From a virus: a stretch of DNA of 64,000 nucleotides. The translations under genes were made by a program, and so were the position numbers. The stretch covers positions 1,871 through 65,870 of the IMG/VR virus record IMGVR_UViG_2623620549_000002; one strand, written 5' to 3'. Shown here piece after piece: positions 9,085-17,373 of the stretch (position 1 is the first letter of the stretch; each line of letters begins with the position of its first letter). The notes beneath the pieces were generated by a model. It saw only the letters and a program-made list of their open reading frames with translations, had not been told where the DNA came from and made no database searches.

Positions 9085-9783
9085 CTAGATTTTATCTCCT
9101 TCACGTCTTACTACTCGACCGATGATAATGCACTCACCATTCCGGCACATTTTTCTATGATATTTCCTTTGGTCTGCATTATCTGAAGTAAGCCACCATT
9201 CACCAATGTCACGTGATAATCTCTTTACAACAGCTTCACCCTCATAATTTACAGCAAAAACAACGCCGTCCACGGGTTTCTGATCTTCTGTATTGATAAT
9301 GACAATGTCACCTTCATGTAGAGAAGGCTCCATACTTTCCCCTTTTACCTTAATTGCTATTAGCTTGCTTGGCACGAATTTATGCTTTGCTATCCATCGA
9401 GGGTCAAGGGGAATGGTTCCTCCATCGTCAAATTCCGGATCCGCTTGAAAGCCCGTTACCCCGGCAGACAAGCGAAGCTTGACTTTTTTGATATGAACAA
9501 AGTTTGTATTGTCTCGATCTGCCTGTTCAACACGAATTGAACCTGACACGTTGGCAGGCTCAATCGTCGTCAAGGACATAGCTCCAACACCACTCTCTAG
9601 CCAACTGGCTGAGCAGCCAAGTACTGTCTGAGCATTTATCAGGCCAGCTTTTGAAATTCCTCTTGCTTCCCAGTTGTTTATCACCTGGGAGGATACGTTC
9701 AGGGCGCGCGCGACTTCCGCTTGACTATGAAGATTTTTGAGTGCTTCTGCTGCCTCGTAGAGGCGGGTCATCTGTATGTTCAT
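9085..9783 (-). CDS. cI: CI-like repressor (HTH + S24 peptidase)
   Basis: N-terminal HTH (SQAEVARALNVSSQVINNWEARG), A-G-like cleavage site (LSAG), VKGESMEP catalytic Ser and VVKRL Lys; divergent from cro. Confidence 0.92.
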   Translation of the reverse strand: MNIQMTRLYEAAEALKNLHSQAEVARALNVSSQVINNWEARGISKAGLINAQTVLGCSASWLESGVGAMSLTTIEPANVSGSIRVEQADRDNTNFVHIKKVKLRLSAGVTGFQADPEFDDGGTIPLDPRWIAKHKFVPSKLIAIKVKGESMEPSLHEGDIVIINTEDQKPVDGVVFAVNYEGEAVVKRLSRDIGEWWLTSDNADQRKYHRKMCRNGECIIIGRVVRREGDKI

Positions 9784-9802
9784 GCGCGATTTTCCCGTTA
9801 AC

Positions 9803-9867
9803 TAAACAAAATGTGTTACACGCAACGTTTAAATTTGTTTGACTTGTTTATAAACATAGTGTTTAAT
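9803..9867 (+). promoter_or_regulatory. PR promoter and OR operators
   Basis: TTGACT (9839-9844), 17 bp, TTTAAT (9862-9867). Perfect operator TAAACA-TAG-TGTTTA at 9851-9865 and degenerate copy at 9803-9817. Confidence 0.75.
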
Positions 9868-9895
9868 GCTTTCATCTTCACCAGTGAACTCATAC

Positions 9896-10141
9896 ATGAT
9901 GAACAACGATAAAAAGCAAATTACAGAGCTTGGCGGTCCAACAAAGCTGGCCGAACTGCTGGGCTATGCGAAGCAAGGCGGGGTTCAGCGCGTCCAAAAC
10001 TGGATGGTTCGGGGGATCCCCTCCAAGGTGAGGTTGGATCATCCTGAGATATTTGCCGCTGCATTCCGTTCGAGCGCCGAGTCCACTCAAGCCTCAATAC
10101 AGCAGACCGACTCGCGCATCGACGCGGGCGCGAAGCCATGA
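9896..10141 (+). CDS. cro: Cro-like regulator
   Basis: ITELGGPTKLAELLG...QRVQNWMVRGIP HTH pattern; first gene after PR. Confidence 0.8.
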   Translation: MMNNDKKQITELGGPTKLAELLGYAKQGGVQRVQNWMVRGIPSKVRLDHPEIFAAAFRSSAESTQASIQQTDSRIDAGAKP

Positions 10142-10272
10142 TCCGCCTGATCCCAATTTCCCCACCGCGCTCGGCGGCCGGCATCGTGCGCATCCCGCTG
10201 CTCGAACTGCACCAGCTGCAACCTGGCGTGCCGCTCGATGAATGCCTGAAACAAATGAAGGAGCCAGCATGA
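10138..10272 (+). CDS. small phage protein coupled to cro
   Basis: Read manually: MIRLIPISPPRSAAGIVRIPLLELHQLQPGVPLDECLKQMKEPA; ATGA overlaps at both ends. Confidence 0.45.
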   Translation: MIRLIPISPPRSAAGIVRIPLLELHQLQPGVPLDECLKQMKEPA

Positions 10273-10274
10273 AG

Positions 10275-10754
10275 CTAGAACTTAATGCGCACCGGTTGTA
10301 CCACTTTGTCAGGAATCTCAGATCGGATTTCACCATGCTCTTTACAAAAGAGCACGGTCACGAGTCCGCTCGTTCGAAGTTGAAGAAACGTTTTTACGCC
10401 GGCGGCCACGCAGTTTGCGCACAGATATACCGGTTTGTTCGAGGAGTCGAGCGATCCCTTGGACTGATACATGACCGCACCATGAGTGTTCTGGTGCAGC
10501 TCGTACTGATCAAGGTCCGCCGCTTTTTCTTCCATCTTTCGCAATTTTTCTTTGAGATCACGTTCGCTATCGGCCAGCGCCGCTTGCTTCTCTTGGAGTG
10601 CGAGGCATTGACTCTGAATATCAAGCATTCGGTCGTTCATGTCACCGATGACTATCACGATTAATGCATCGTCGCGTGCCGCAATGGCAGCTTTTGCTAA
10701 ATCAATTGTGGCCCTAAATGCCGTAATCGCGGCAGAGACAGTAGTGATTGCCAT
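10275..10754 (-). CDS. antisense moron, coiled-coil plus C-terminal Zn-ribbon protein
   Basis: Start MAITTVS (ATG 10754, AAGAAAT/GGA-type upstream sequence). Heptad-rich middle and LCANC...FCKEH motifs; lower GC than flanks. Confidence 0.7.
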   Translation of the reverse strand: MAITTVSAAITAFRATIDLAKAAIAARDDALIVIVIGDMNDRMLDIQSQCLALQEKQAALADSERDLKEKLRKMEEKAADLDQYELHQNTHGAVMYQSKGSLDSSNKPVYLCANCVAAGVKTFLQLRTSGLVTVLFCKEHGEIRSEIPDKVVQPVRIKF

Positions 10755-10865
10755 AGGACATTCTTTCAAATTTTTATTGCGGAGATAGCAATGTAGCACG
10801 AAGGAATTCCCGGTACTTTTTTCGCTGCACCCAAACCCTGTAACACCGACCACCAGGAGAAAACC

Positions 10866-11156
10866 ATGAAACAGAAACAAAAACGTACCGCGCTCGTCAA
10901 GGGCTACATCACCGACGACAACAAGGATGCCTTGCAAGCCGCATGCACTTCGATGCGGAAGACCGTCAGCGACGTGCTGAACGAATGCACGATCGTGATC
11001 ATCCGCAATCACCTGGATGCCAGGCCGAAACGGAATGATACGCCGCCGTTTTCGAGTGGGGCTAGGCCCATATCAGGAAATAACAGGGCCCAGATTATGC
11101 CGGCGTCGCGCCCGTGCTTCGGTGTCGTCCCGCGCGTCGTGCGGATGCGGGTTTAA
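10866..11156 (+). CDS. ribbon-helix-helix-like regulator (CII position)
   Basis: RTALVKGYITDDNKDALQAACTSMRKTVSDVL pattern; AGGAG RBS. Confidence 0.55.
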   Translation: MKQKQKRTALVKGYITDDNKDALQAACTSMRKTVSDVLNECTIVIIRNHLDARPKRNDTPPFSSGARPISGNNRAQIMPASRPCFGVVPRVVRMRV

Positions 11157-11173
11157 CGGCATGGAGGCCGCTA

Positions 11174-11389
11174 TTGAATAAACAAGCCGAGGCCACGGCC
11201 GAGGAAAAGGAGCTGGTTTTCCAGCGTTCGATGATCTACCGCCAGGCCGAGAAAGACCTGCAGGGCGCCAAGGACGGGGAGGGCGAGGCAAGCGCGAAGG
11301 CCGCGCACAAGGAAGCGCGCCAGAAATGGCGTGATGCCACCGACAGGGTGGCGAAGAAATACGAGGTGCCGCGGCGCGAGCCGCCATAA
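11174..11389 (+). CDS. phage hypothetical protein
   Basis: TTG start after GGAGG; helical charged protein. Confidence 0.55.
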   Translation: MNKQAEATAEEKELVFQRSMIYRQAEKDLQGAKDGEGEASAKAAHKEARQKWRDATDRVAKKYEVPRREPP

Positions 11390-11465
11390 CGAATCCGCAC
11401 CCGACAGCTACAGCATCGCATGGCCGGAAACAGCCACTTTAATCACCATCAAGATGGAACATGAC

Positions 11466-11729
11466 ATGACGCAAACAACTGCAATTACACCGTATCGCTC
11501 GCTGGACAACGCTGCTGGCAACAACGAGCTGCTCGACACGCTGCTCGCCAAAGGCCCAAAGAACGACGCCGCCCTGGCCCGGGCGCTGGAAGTGGCGCCG
11601 CCAGTGATTTCCAAGATTCGCCACGGCCGCTTGCCAATCGGCGCCTCGCTGCTGATCCGCATGCACGAGGTGTTCGACGTGTCGATCCGCGAACTCAAGC
11701 GCATTGCGCGCGCCGAGGTGGCGGCTTGA
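11466..11729 (+). CDS. Cro/C1-type HTH protein
   Basis: KNDAALARALEVAPPVISKIRHGRLPIGASLLIRMHE HTH. Confidence 0.75.
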   Translation: MTQTTAITPYRSLDNAAGNNELLDTLLAKGPKNDAALARALEVAPPVISKIRHGRLPIGASLLIRMHEVFDVSIRELKRIARAEVAA

Positions 11730-11895
11730 CCTGGACGACACTCCAGCCGGAGGCCGGTGCCAGCGCGGCGCGGGCCGAGGAGGGCAACCACGCCCAGCAA
11801 GAGCCGATCGACGGCGCTCTGCCAGTCGATCCCGGCCACGTCCGGACGCGCCAGCACCACGAATCAATGCTGCGGGAACTGCAAGGCCAGAAATG

Positions 11896-11922
11896 AAAAA
11901 AGCCCGCTGGCAGGCGGGCTTC
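11896..11922 (-). terminator. hairpin, terminator-like on the minus strand
   Basis: AAAAAAGCCCGC-TGGCAG-GCGGGCTT. Confidence 0.5.
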
Positions 11923-11953
11923 CTTGAAACAACAAAAATTCGCGAAAGAATTT

Positions 11954-12721
11954 ATGACCGAAATTGTACAACACAAAGGCATCACGATAGCGAATACGCT
12001 GATCGCGACTGACAGCGAAGGGCGTTTTCGCCTGAACGATTTGCATCAGGCTGCCGGCGGCGAGAAGCGCCACGGCCCAGCATATTGGATGGACACCCAG
12101 CAAGCCCGCGAGCTGGCTGAGGCGATTGCGGGAGAAATGACGGGCGATACCGGGAAACCGGTATCGGTTATTCGTGGCGGGCAAGGGCAGGGTACCTACA
12201 TGTGCCGTGAGCTGGTTTATGCCTATGCAATGTGGATCAGTCCCAAGTTCCACCTGGAAGTCATCCGCACCTTCGACGCGGTGGCCACCGCCCAAGCGCC
12301 AGTCGCTGCGCTGAAGCCCAGCGCAATCTCGCCCGCCAAGGAATTCCGCGCCATCTTCGGCATTGCGCGCCTGATCGGCCTCGACAAAAACGCCGCCGCC
12401 ATCAGCGCAAACCAGGGCACGGCTGCCCTGACCGGTGTCAACATGCTGCAGCTGATGGAACGCACGCACCTGGCCACGCCCAGCCAGGAGATTTACTACA
12501 CGCCGACCGAGCTGGGCAGCCGCTTCGTCAAGAGCGCCAAGGCATTCAACCAGCTGCTGGTGCAGGCTGGCCTGCAAGAGAACATCGCTGGCCACTGGGT
12601 GCCAACGGAGAAGGGCCGCGAACATGCCTACGTGATGGACACGGGCAAGGCGCATTCCAGCGGCACGCCTATCCAGCAGGTGAAATGGCGCGACTCGGTA
12701 CTGGCGGAGGTGGCATTGTGA
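11954..12721 (+). CDS. KilA-N domain antirepressor-like protein
   Basis: GRFRLNDLHQAAG...QGTYMCRELVYAYAMWISPKFHLEVIRTFD is KilA-N; C-terminal YYTPTELG...WVPTEKG resembles antirepressor C-domains. Confidence 0.85.
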   Translation: MTEIVQHKGITIANTLIATDSEGRFRLNDLHQAAGGEKRHGPAYWMDTQQARELAEAIAGEMTGDTGKPVSVIRGGQGQGTYMCRELVYAYAMWISPKFHLEVIRTFDAVATAQAPVAALKPSAISPAKEFRAIFGIARLIGLDKNAAAISANQGTAALTGVNMLQLMERTHLATPSQEIYYTPTELGSRFVKSAKAFNQLLVQAGLQENIAGHWVPTEKGREHAYVMDTGKAHSSGTPIQQVKWRDSVLAEVAL

Positions 12722-13122
12722 CTGGCCAAGTTGACAATCGCGCGCGCCCGACTTTTGGCGTAAACAAGACGAAACGCCGCCGTTCTGGCGTCACACTCCC
12801 GAAACAAGGCTCCCGCTCTTACGTGCTACTGCAGGCGTTGCTGGCCGGGCCGGGCACGTTTTACCAGGTGTGCGAGCGCGCTGGCTTCGATATCGAAGAG
12901 GCGGGAATGGAGCACCGCCTGCGCATGATCTTCTCGCGCTTCATACAGGGCAATGTGCGCCTGGTGGGTATTCGCTACGTGGTGAAAGACGCCTCGCGCG
13001 CGGCGCTGCTGGGCGCTGAGTCCGAACAGCCTGGCCAGGTGGCCACGCCACACTTTCGCGGCACGTTGGGCGCAATGCCTGTCCTGGTCGTTCGCCGGCC
13101 AGCTGCCGAGGTGTGGCCATGA
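12718..13122 (+). CDS. phage hypothetical protein
   Basis: GTG start overlapping the KilA-N stop (GTGA); 3' part of ORF 12232..13122. Confidence 0.6.
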   Translation: MTGQVDNRARPTFGVNKTKRRRSGVTLPKQGSRSYVLLQALLAGPGTFYQVCERAGFDIEEAGMEHRLRMIFSRFIQGNVRLVGIRYVVKDASRAALLGAESEQPGQVATPHFRGTLGAMPVLVVRRPAAEVWP

Positions 13123-13169
13123 AGCACGTGCATCAATGTCAAAAGGCCACGAAAAGTGAAGTAGTGCAG

Positions 13170-13775
13170 CTACTCAGCTTTGAGGGCTTCAACGCCTTCG
13201 AAAAAGAGCATCTTGGAATTTTCACAGTTCGAAAGCGTCCTTGTCAGAAACCTTTGAATATCTTCTATGGCCGGAAGGAGCGGGTCATTGAGCAACACTT
13301 CAGCCCACTTATCAAATGTGCTGAGGGATTGCACAATTTTGCTCAAACCGCTCACCATTTTATAGGATCCCAACTCCTGCGCCGGAATGGCGCGTGTTGC
13401 ACCTTGCGCTTCCTGCAGTGCAAATTGCGAAGTGAGAATTGCAGAGCGAATATTATTTTCATTCCCTACCGCCAGACTCTCCGTAATCAATTTGCAAAAT
13501 TGCTGCAATTGGTTCATGGCACGGTCTATTACTGCGGCCGTTGCGTCAGCCCGTCGCATCAACGCTCGTTTATCTGCGTCAATCAAGAGCCGAGCAGCGT
13601 GCTGATTCTGCCGAGTCATTATATAAATTGCTACTCCCAAGGCCGCGATAGAGCCTATCGCTTGCACCCAGCCAGACCAATCGGACTTCGTGAGCTCGTA
13701 GTGATTTCCCAAGATAGCGATGTCGATGATCCCGAAGATTACGAGGAGTGCGACGGTCAGATAGGGATATTTCAT
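13170..13775 (-). CDS. antisense moron, membrane-anchored protein
   Basis: Two N-terminal hydrophobic segments (LTVALLVIFGIIDIAIL; WSGWVQAIGSIAALGVAIYIM); lower GC. Confidence 0.75.
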   Translation of the reverse strand: MKYPYLTVALLVIFGIIDIAILGNHYELTKSDWSGWVQAIGSIAALGVAIYIMTRQNQHAARLLIDADKRALMRRADATAAVIDRAMNQLQQFCKLITESLAVGNENNIRSAILTSQFALQEAQGATRAIPAQELGSYKMVSGLSKIVQSLSTFDKWAEVLLNDPLLPAIEDIQRFLTRTLSNCENSKMLFFEGVEALKAE

Positions 13776-13908
13776 GTAGCTGTCAAGAGTTGCTGGAAAG
13801 GAATCTTAGCATGAGGCGCGACCTTCCCATTTCTCCTTCCAGCATTGGTCGTGGTCTGCCCCTCGCCAACTTCGCGCATGAGCGCGAGATTGCGAGGGTG
13901 GCGTGAAC

Positions 13909-14145
13909 TTAACCTCGACCAACCAACTGACGCAGTTTTTTGAGGTGCGCTTCAATGCTCTCGGTGAAGACTTTCGCTTCACGGACTCGCTCCTGAGCCG
14001 CTTCCACGTCCCCCTCATTTGCTTTCACATAGGCAACATGATTTACAGCGGCGGCCCATTTAGCGCTTTTGATGGCCAGCTCATTTTCAAGTTCGTGAAT
14101 TTTATCTTCGATACTTTCATCGGGTCCAGCTTGGTTATAGCTCAT
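13909..14145 (-). CDS. antisense moron, small coiled-coil protein
   Basis: 78 aa, GAGG RBS, heptad pattern. Confidence 0.6.
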   Translation of the reverse strand: MSYNQAGPDESIEDKIHELENELAIKSAKWAAAVNHVAYVKANEGDVEAAQERVREAKVFTESIEAHLKKLRQLVGRG

Positions 14146-14186
14146 ATATCACCTCGGTATGTGGATTGCATTAAGGAAATATTACC

Positions 14187-14615
14187 ATGATCTACGACCT
14201 TTCCCGTTCCGAGCGGCAACACCGCGCTATCGCCAATGAAAGCCCCACGCCGACTTTGGTGCGCAAGGTCTGCGCATGCGGCAAAGCCAGCACCGCCAAG
14301 CAGCTGGCCCAGCACGGCAAATGCGCCGCCTGCGCGCTGGCCGCCGTCCGCGACGCAATCATGCCTGGCGACTTCGCCAAGCTGCAGCACATGCTGGGCG
14401 CCGTGCAGCAATATCCGAAGTCAAAATGGGGCTGGCGCAACTATTTTGCCGCCGACAACGTCCAGCAGCACGAGGCCATGCAGCGCCTCGTGGCCGCCGG
14501 CCTGGCCACGGCTGGCCGCATGACTGGCGACATGACCTACTTCCACGCCACCCGCCTGGGTTGCAAGGCTGCTGGCCTCGACACCGCAGGCATCAAGCGT
14601 GCGATGGAGGATTGA
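14187..14615 (+). CDS. phage hypothetical protein with CxC...CxxC motif
   Basis: AAGGA RBS; VCACGK...KCAAC; GC-rich phage-like codon usage. Confidence 0.7.
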   Translation: MIYDLSRSERQHRAIANESPTPTLVRKVCACGKASTAKQLAQHGKCAACALAAVRDAIMPGDFAKLQHMLGAVQQYPKSKWGWRNYFAADNVQQHEAMQRLVAAGLATAGRMTGDMTYFHATRLGCKAAGLDTAGIKRAMED

Positions 14616-14749
14616 CGATGAACCAGTCCGAATTATTCGCGGCTGGTATCGCGCAATTGCCTGGGCAAGCCATGACAAAAACCGCATATGAGGTAGTTCG
14701 CAGCAGTTCTTCGAGCAGCGCTCGATTTATCGGGAAAGTCGATATTTCC

Positions 14750-15382
14750 TTACTTGAACTGCAATCCCCAATCAGCCTCACGCTCTATAACGTCACGTCC
14801 CTGCTCAATAAGGGGGATTGCGTTGCTCAAGATACCAATGCATTCAGAAAGGTGCTCGCGGAGACTATCGGTATTCGTATCAGTGGCATCTGTTCCTTTC
14901 AGTATTTTGACGCACGCATTGATAACACCTTGACCCAGCGCGATTTTGTCCGCGCAGTGATCTGGAAGAGGAATAAGCCTGCTCAACTCATCCGCAGTGA
15001 AATAGACGCTGCGATCAAGAGTATCGCTAACAATGAAAATTGCCTTAATTACATCGTGCTCAACAGCGGCATGCTCATCAAGAAAATCTCTCAAGTTCGA
15101 CAGGGATTCAAGAACCCCTTTTGCAAGCGACTCTGTATGCAGCAAATTCATGTGGATGTGGAGAGCAGTCAATTTAGCCTTGGAAAGAGCTTCTGCTCGT
15201 CTGTGCCTGGACTCGTTTGTTGCAAGCCAAATAGTTCCCAAGAGGGTGGAGATCGTACCAACCGCAGCAACCCAATATGCCCATACCGTAATGTCCATCT
15301 TGCACCATGGAATTCCTTCGTAGCCAGCCAAACCTATGGCTCCGGCTATGACCATGATTGCCCATTTGTCGTACCAAGCCAT
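14750..15382 (-). CDS. antisense moron, membrane-anchored protein
   Basis: Start MAWYDKW (ATG 15382, GAGG upstream); two N-terminal hydrophobic segments (WAYWVAAVGTISTLLGTIWLA). Confidence 0.75.
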   Translation of the reverse strand: MAWYDKWAIMVIAGAIGLAGYEGIPWCKMDITVWAYWVAAVGTISTLLGTIWLATNESRHRRAEALSKAKLTALHIHMNLLHTESLAKGVLESLSNLRDFLDEHAAVEHDVIKAIFIVSDTLDRSVYFTADELSRLIPLPDHCADKIALGQGVINACVKILKGTDATDTNTDSLREHLSECIGILSNAIPLIEQGRDVIEREADWGLQFK

Positions 15383-15438
15383 CCTGCCTCCGAATTTAGT
15401 TGGCGGAATGGTAACACGCAAAGTATTGGCGGTGGGAA

Positions 15439-16185
15439 ATGATCCACTACCACGGACTGCCAATAACCCCGGCTACCGCCGCGGTACGTGCCATCAGCTG
15501 TGGCCACGCCTTCGTTTCGTTCCGCCATTCGGACCAGTTGACCATCGCCTTGGAGGTGGCGCAGTCGTTTGCAGTCGACAATGGGGCTTTCTCGGCCTGG
15601 CGCAGCGGCCAACCGATCACAGACTGGTCGCTATTCTATGAATGGGTGGGTGAGTTACACCGTTACCCGAACTTCGATTTCGCGGTAATCCCTGACGTCA
15701 TCGACGGTAGCGAGGCCGACAACGATGCGCTGCTGGCCGAATGGCCATGGCGAGCGTCGGCGCCGCATGTCGGTGCGCCGGTGTGGCATCTACACGAGTC
15801 GCTGGGCCGTTTGGATCGCCTCGTCAGCGATTGGCCGCGCATTTGCCTGGGCAGTTCGGGCGAGTTCGCGCAGATCGGTACGCCGGCGTGGTGGACCCGA
15901 ATGGCCATGGCAATGGATGTGATCTGCGACCGGCAGGGGCTGCCTGCGGCGAAAGTTCATGGGCTGAGAATGCTTGATCCAGCCATTTTCTCTCGCTTCC
16001 CGTTCTCCAGCGCCGACAGCACCAACATCGGCCAGAACGTGGGGATTGATTCGGCGTGGCGCGGTACCTACACGCCGCCAACGAAAGAGGCGCGCGCGGC
16101 CATCATGCGGGAGCGTATCGAGACGCACCAGTCGATCACGTTCTGGCAGCGAACGGCCGCGCCAATTCAGGAGGGGCTGTTTTAA
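15439..16185 (+). CDS. TGT/DpdA-like (tRNA-guanine transglycosylase fold) protein
   Basis: Ordered motifs DNGAFS, AVIPDVI, PVWH, ICLGSS, VHGLR, SADSTN parallel the TGT/DpdA barrel motifs. Assignment is by eye. Confidence 0.6.
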   Translation: MIHYHGLPITPATAAVRAISCGHAFVSFRHSDQLTIALEVAQSFAVDNGAFSAWRSGQPITDWSLFYEWVGELHRYPNFDFAVIPDVIDGSEADNDALLAEWPWRASAPHVGAPVWHLHESLGRLDRLVSDWPRICLGSSGEFAQIGTPAWWTRMAMAMDVICDRQGLPAAKVHGLRMLDPAIFSRFPFSSADSTNIGQNVGIDSAWRGTYTPPTKEARAAIMRERIETHQSITFWQRTAAPIQEGLF

Positions 16186-16204
16186 TGACTCTGAAAAAAC
16201 CCAT

Positions 16205-16459
16205 TTATTTAATCCAGTGCAGGGCTTGTGCTGCAGTGATGCCTGTACTGATCGCAGAAATTAACATGCCGAATGCCGCGACGATTGCTGCAACCATGGT
16301 CCATTTTGCTGAACGCTGCGCTGCTTCGGCAGCTAATTTTGCCGCGGCGCTGGAGTCGGCGGCCGTCGCCATTGTTGAAGCAGCTAATTCTTCTAGAGCT
16401 GTCGCCGTTCGTTTTGCCGAATGTGCTTTCAGGAATTCAGTGGGTTCCATAATTTCCAT
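16205..16459 (-). CDS. antisense moron, small protein with C-terminal TM helix
   Basis: 84 aa; KWTMVAAIVAAFGMLISAISTGI hydrophobic segment. Confidence 0.6.
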   Translation of the reverse strand: MEIMEPTEFLKAHSAKRTATALEELAASTMATAADSSAAAKLAAEAAQRSAKWTMVAAIVAAFGMLISAISTGITAAQALHWIK

Positions 16460-16483
16460 TTCTAGCGAAAAGCGAATCGTAGC

Positions 16484-16969
16484 ATGATGCGTCGCTCCCC
16501 CATGAAGCCCGCTACCACGCCGATGAAACGCACGGCTTTCGCACGAAGCGAGCGCATCGAGGCGCGCGAAGTGTCAAAGCTCAAGCGTACGGCGCCGAAG
16601 CGCAAGGTCGGCTTGAGGGCCAAAGGCCAGCGCTCGACGCCGATCCGGCGCGCCGCGCGCGGCCAGGACTGCACGCTGCGCCTGGCCGTCTGCAACTTCG
16701 ACCCTGACACCACCGTGCTTTGCCACTCGAATTTCCTGGCGGACGGAAAAGGCTTGGGCCTGAAGGCACCAGACACGGCCGCCGCGTTCGGCTGCAGCGC
16801 CTGCCACGACGTACTTGACGGCCGGCGCCCGCGCCCGGCTGATCTGTCGCTGGAATGCCTGCAGGCTGCCTTTCGCTTGGCCGTGGGCCGCACACACGAA
16901 ATTTTACGGTCAATGGGTCTGCTCGCTGCGGCGGCCAATAATCAAAAACAAAATATGGAACACACATGA
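16484..16969 (+). CDS. DUF1364/YbcO-family nuclease-like protein
   Basis: ARGQDCTLRL.VCNFDPDTTVLCH...GKGLGLKAPD...AFGCSACHDVLDGR. Confidence 0.85.
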   Translation: MMRRSPMKPATTPMKRTAFARSERIEAREVSKLKRTAPKRKVGLRAKGQRSTPIRRAARGQDCTLRLAVCNFDPDTTVLCHSNFLADGKGLGLKAPDTAAAFGCSACHDVLDGRRPRPADLSLECLQAAFRLAVGRTHEILRSMGLLAAAANNQKQNMEHT

Positions 16970-17373
16970 CGCGAATTAACTTCAGTGAATTTGTTCTGGG
17001 CGCTATGCCCGGCACCAAAGCCGATATCGTCACTAAGTCCGGCGTCAGCCAGGCAGCCGTGCTGCGCTGGGTGCGCTTGCTGCACGCCGATCGCAAGATC
17101 CATATCGCCGGCTGGCGGCCGCACCCGCGTGCTGGCGCCGCCATGGCTGTGTATGCCGTCGGCAACCTGCCAGACGCGCCGTGCAAGCTGCAGCACCTGT
17201 CCAAGCGCCAGATTCGCTTGCGCTTCGAGGCCAAGGCCAAGAAGGACGGCCGCTATGACTCGATGAAGGCGCGCTGGCGCAGCAAGTACTGGATCCGAAA
17301 GGCGGGCGCCGTGGGTGACCCGCTGGTAGTGGCCCTGTTCGGCACGGCGCGTGTGCAGGAGGCCCTTCCTTGA
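16966..17373 (+). CDS. phage hypothetical protein, probable winged-helix
   Basis: TKADIVTKSGVSQAAVLRWVRLL HTH-like segment; coupled to both neighbours. Confidence 0.6.
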   Translation: MTRINFSEFVLGAMPGTKADIVTKSGVSQAAVLRWVRLLHADRKIHIAGWRPHPRAGAAMAVYAVGNLPDAPCKLQHLSKRQIRLRFEAKAKKDGRYDSMKARWRSKYWIRKAGAVGDPLVVALFGTARVQEALP

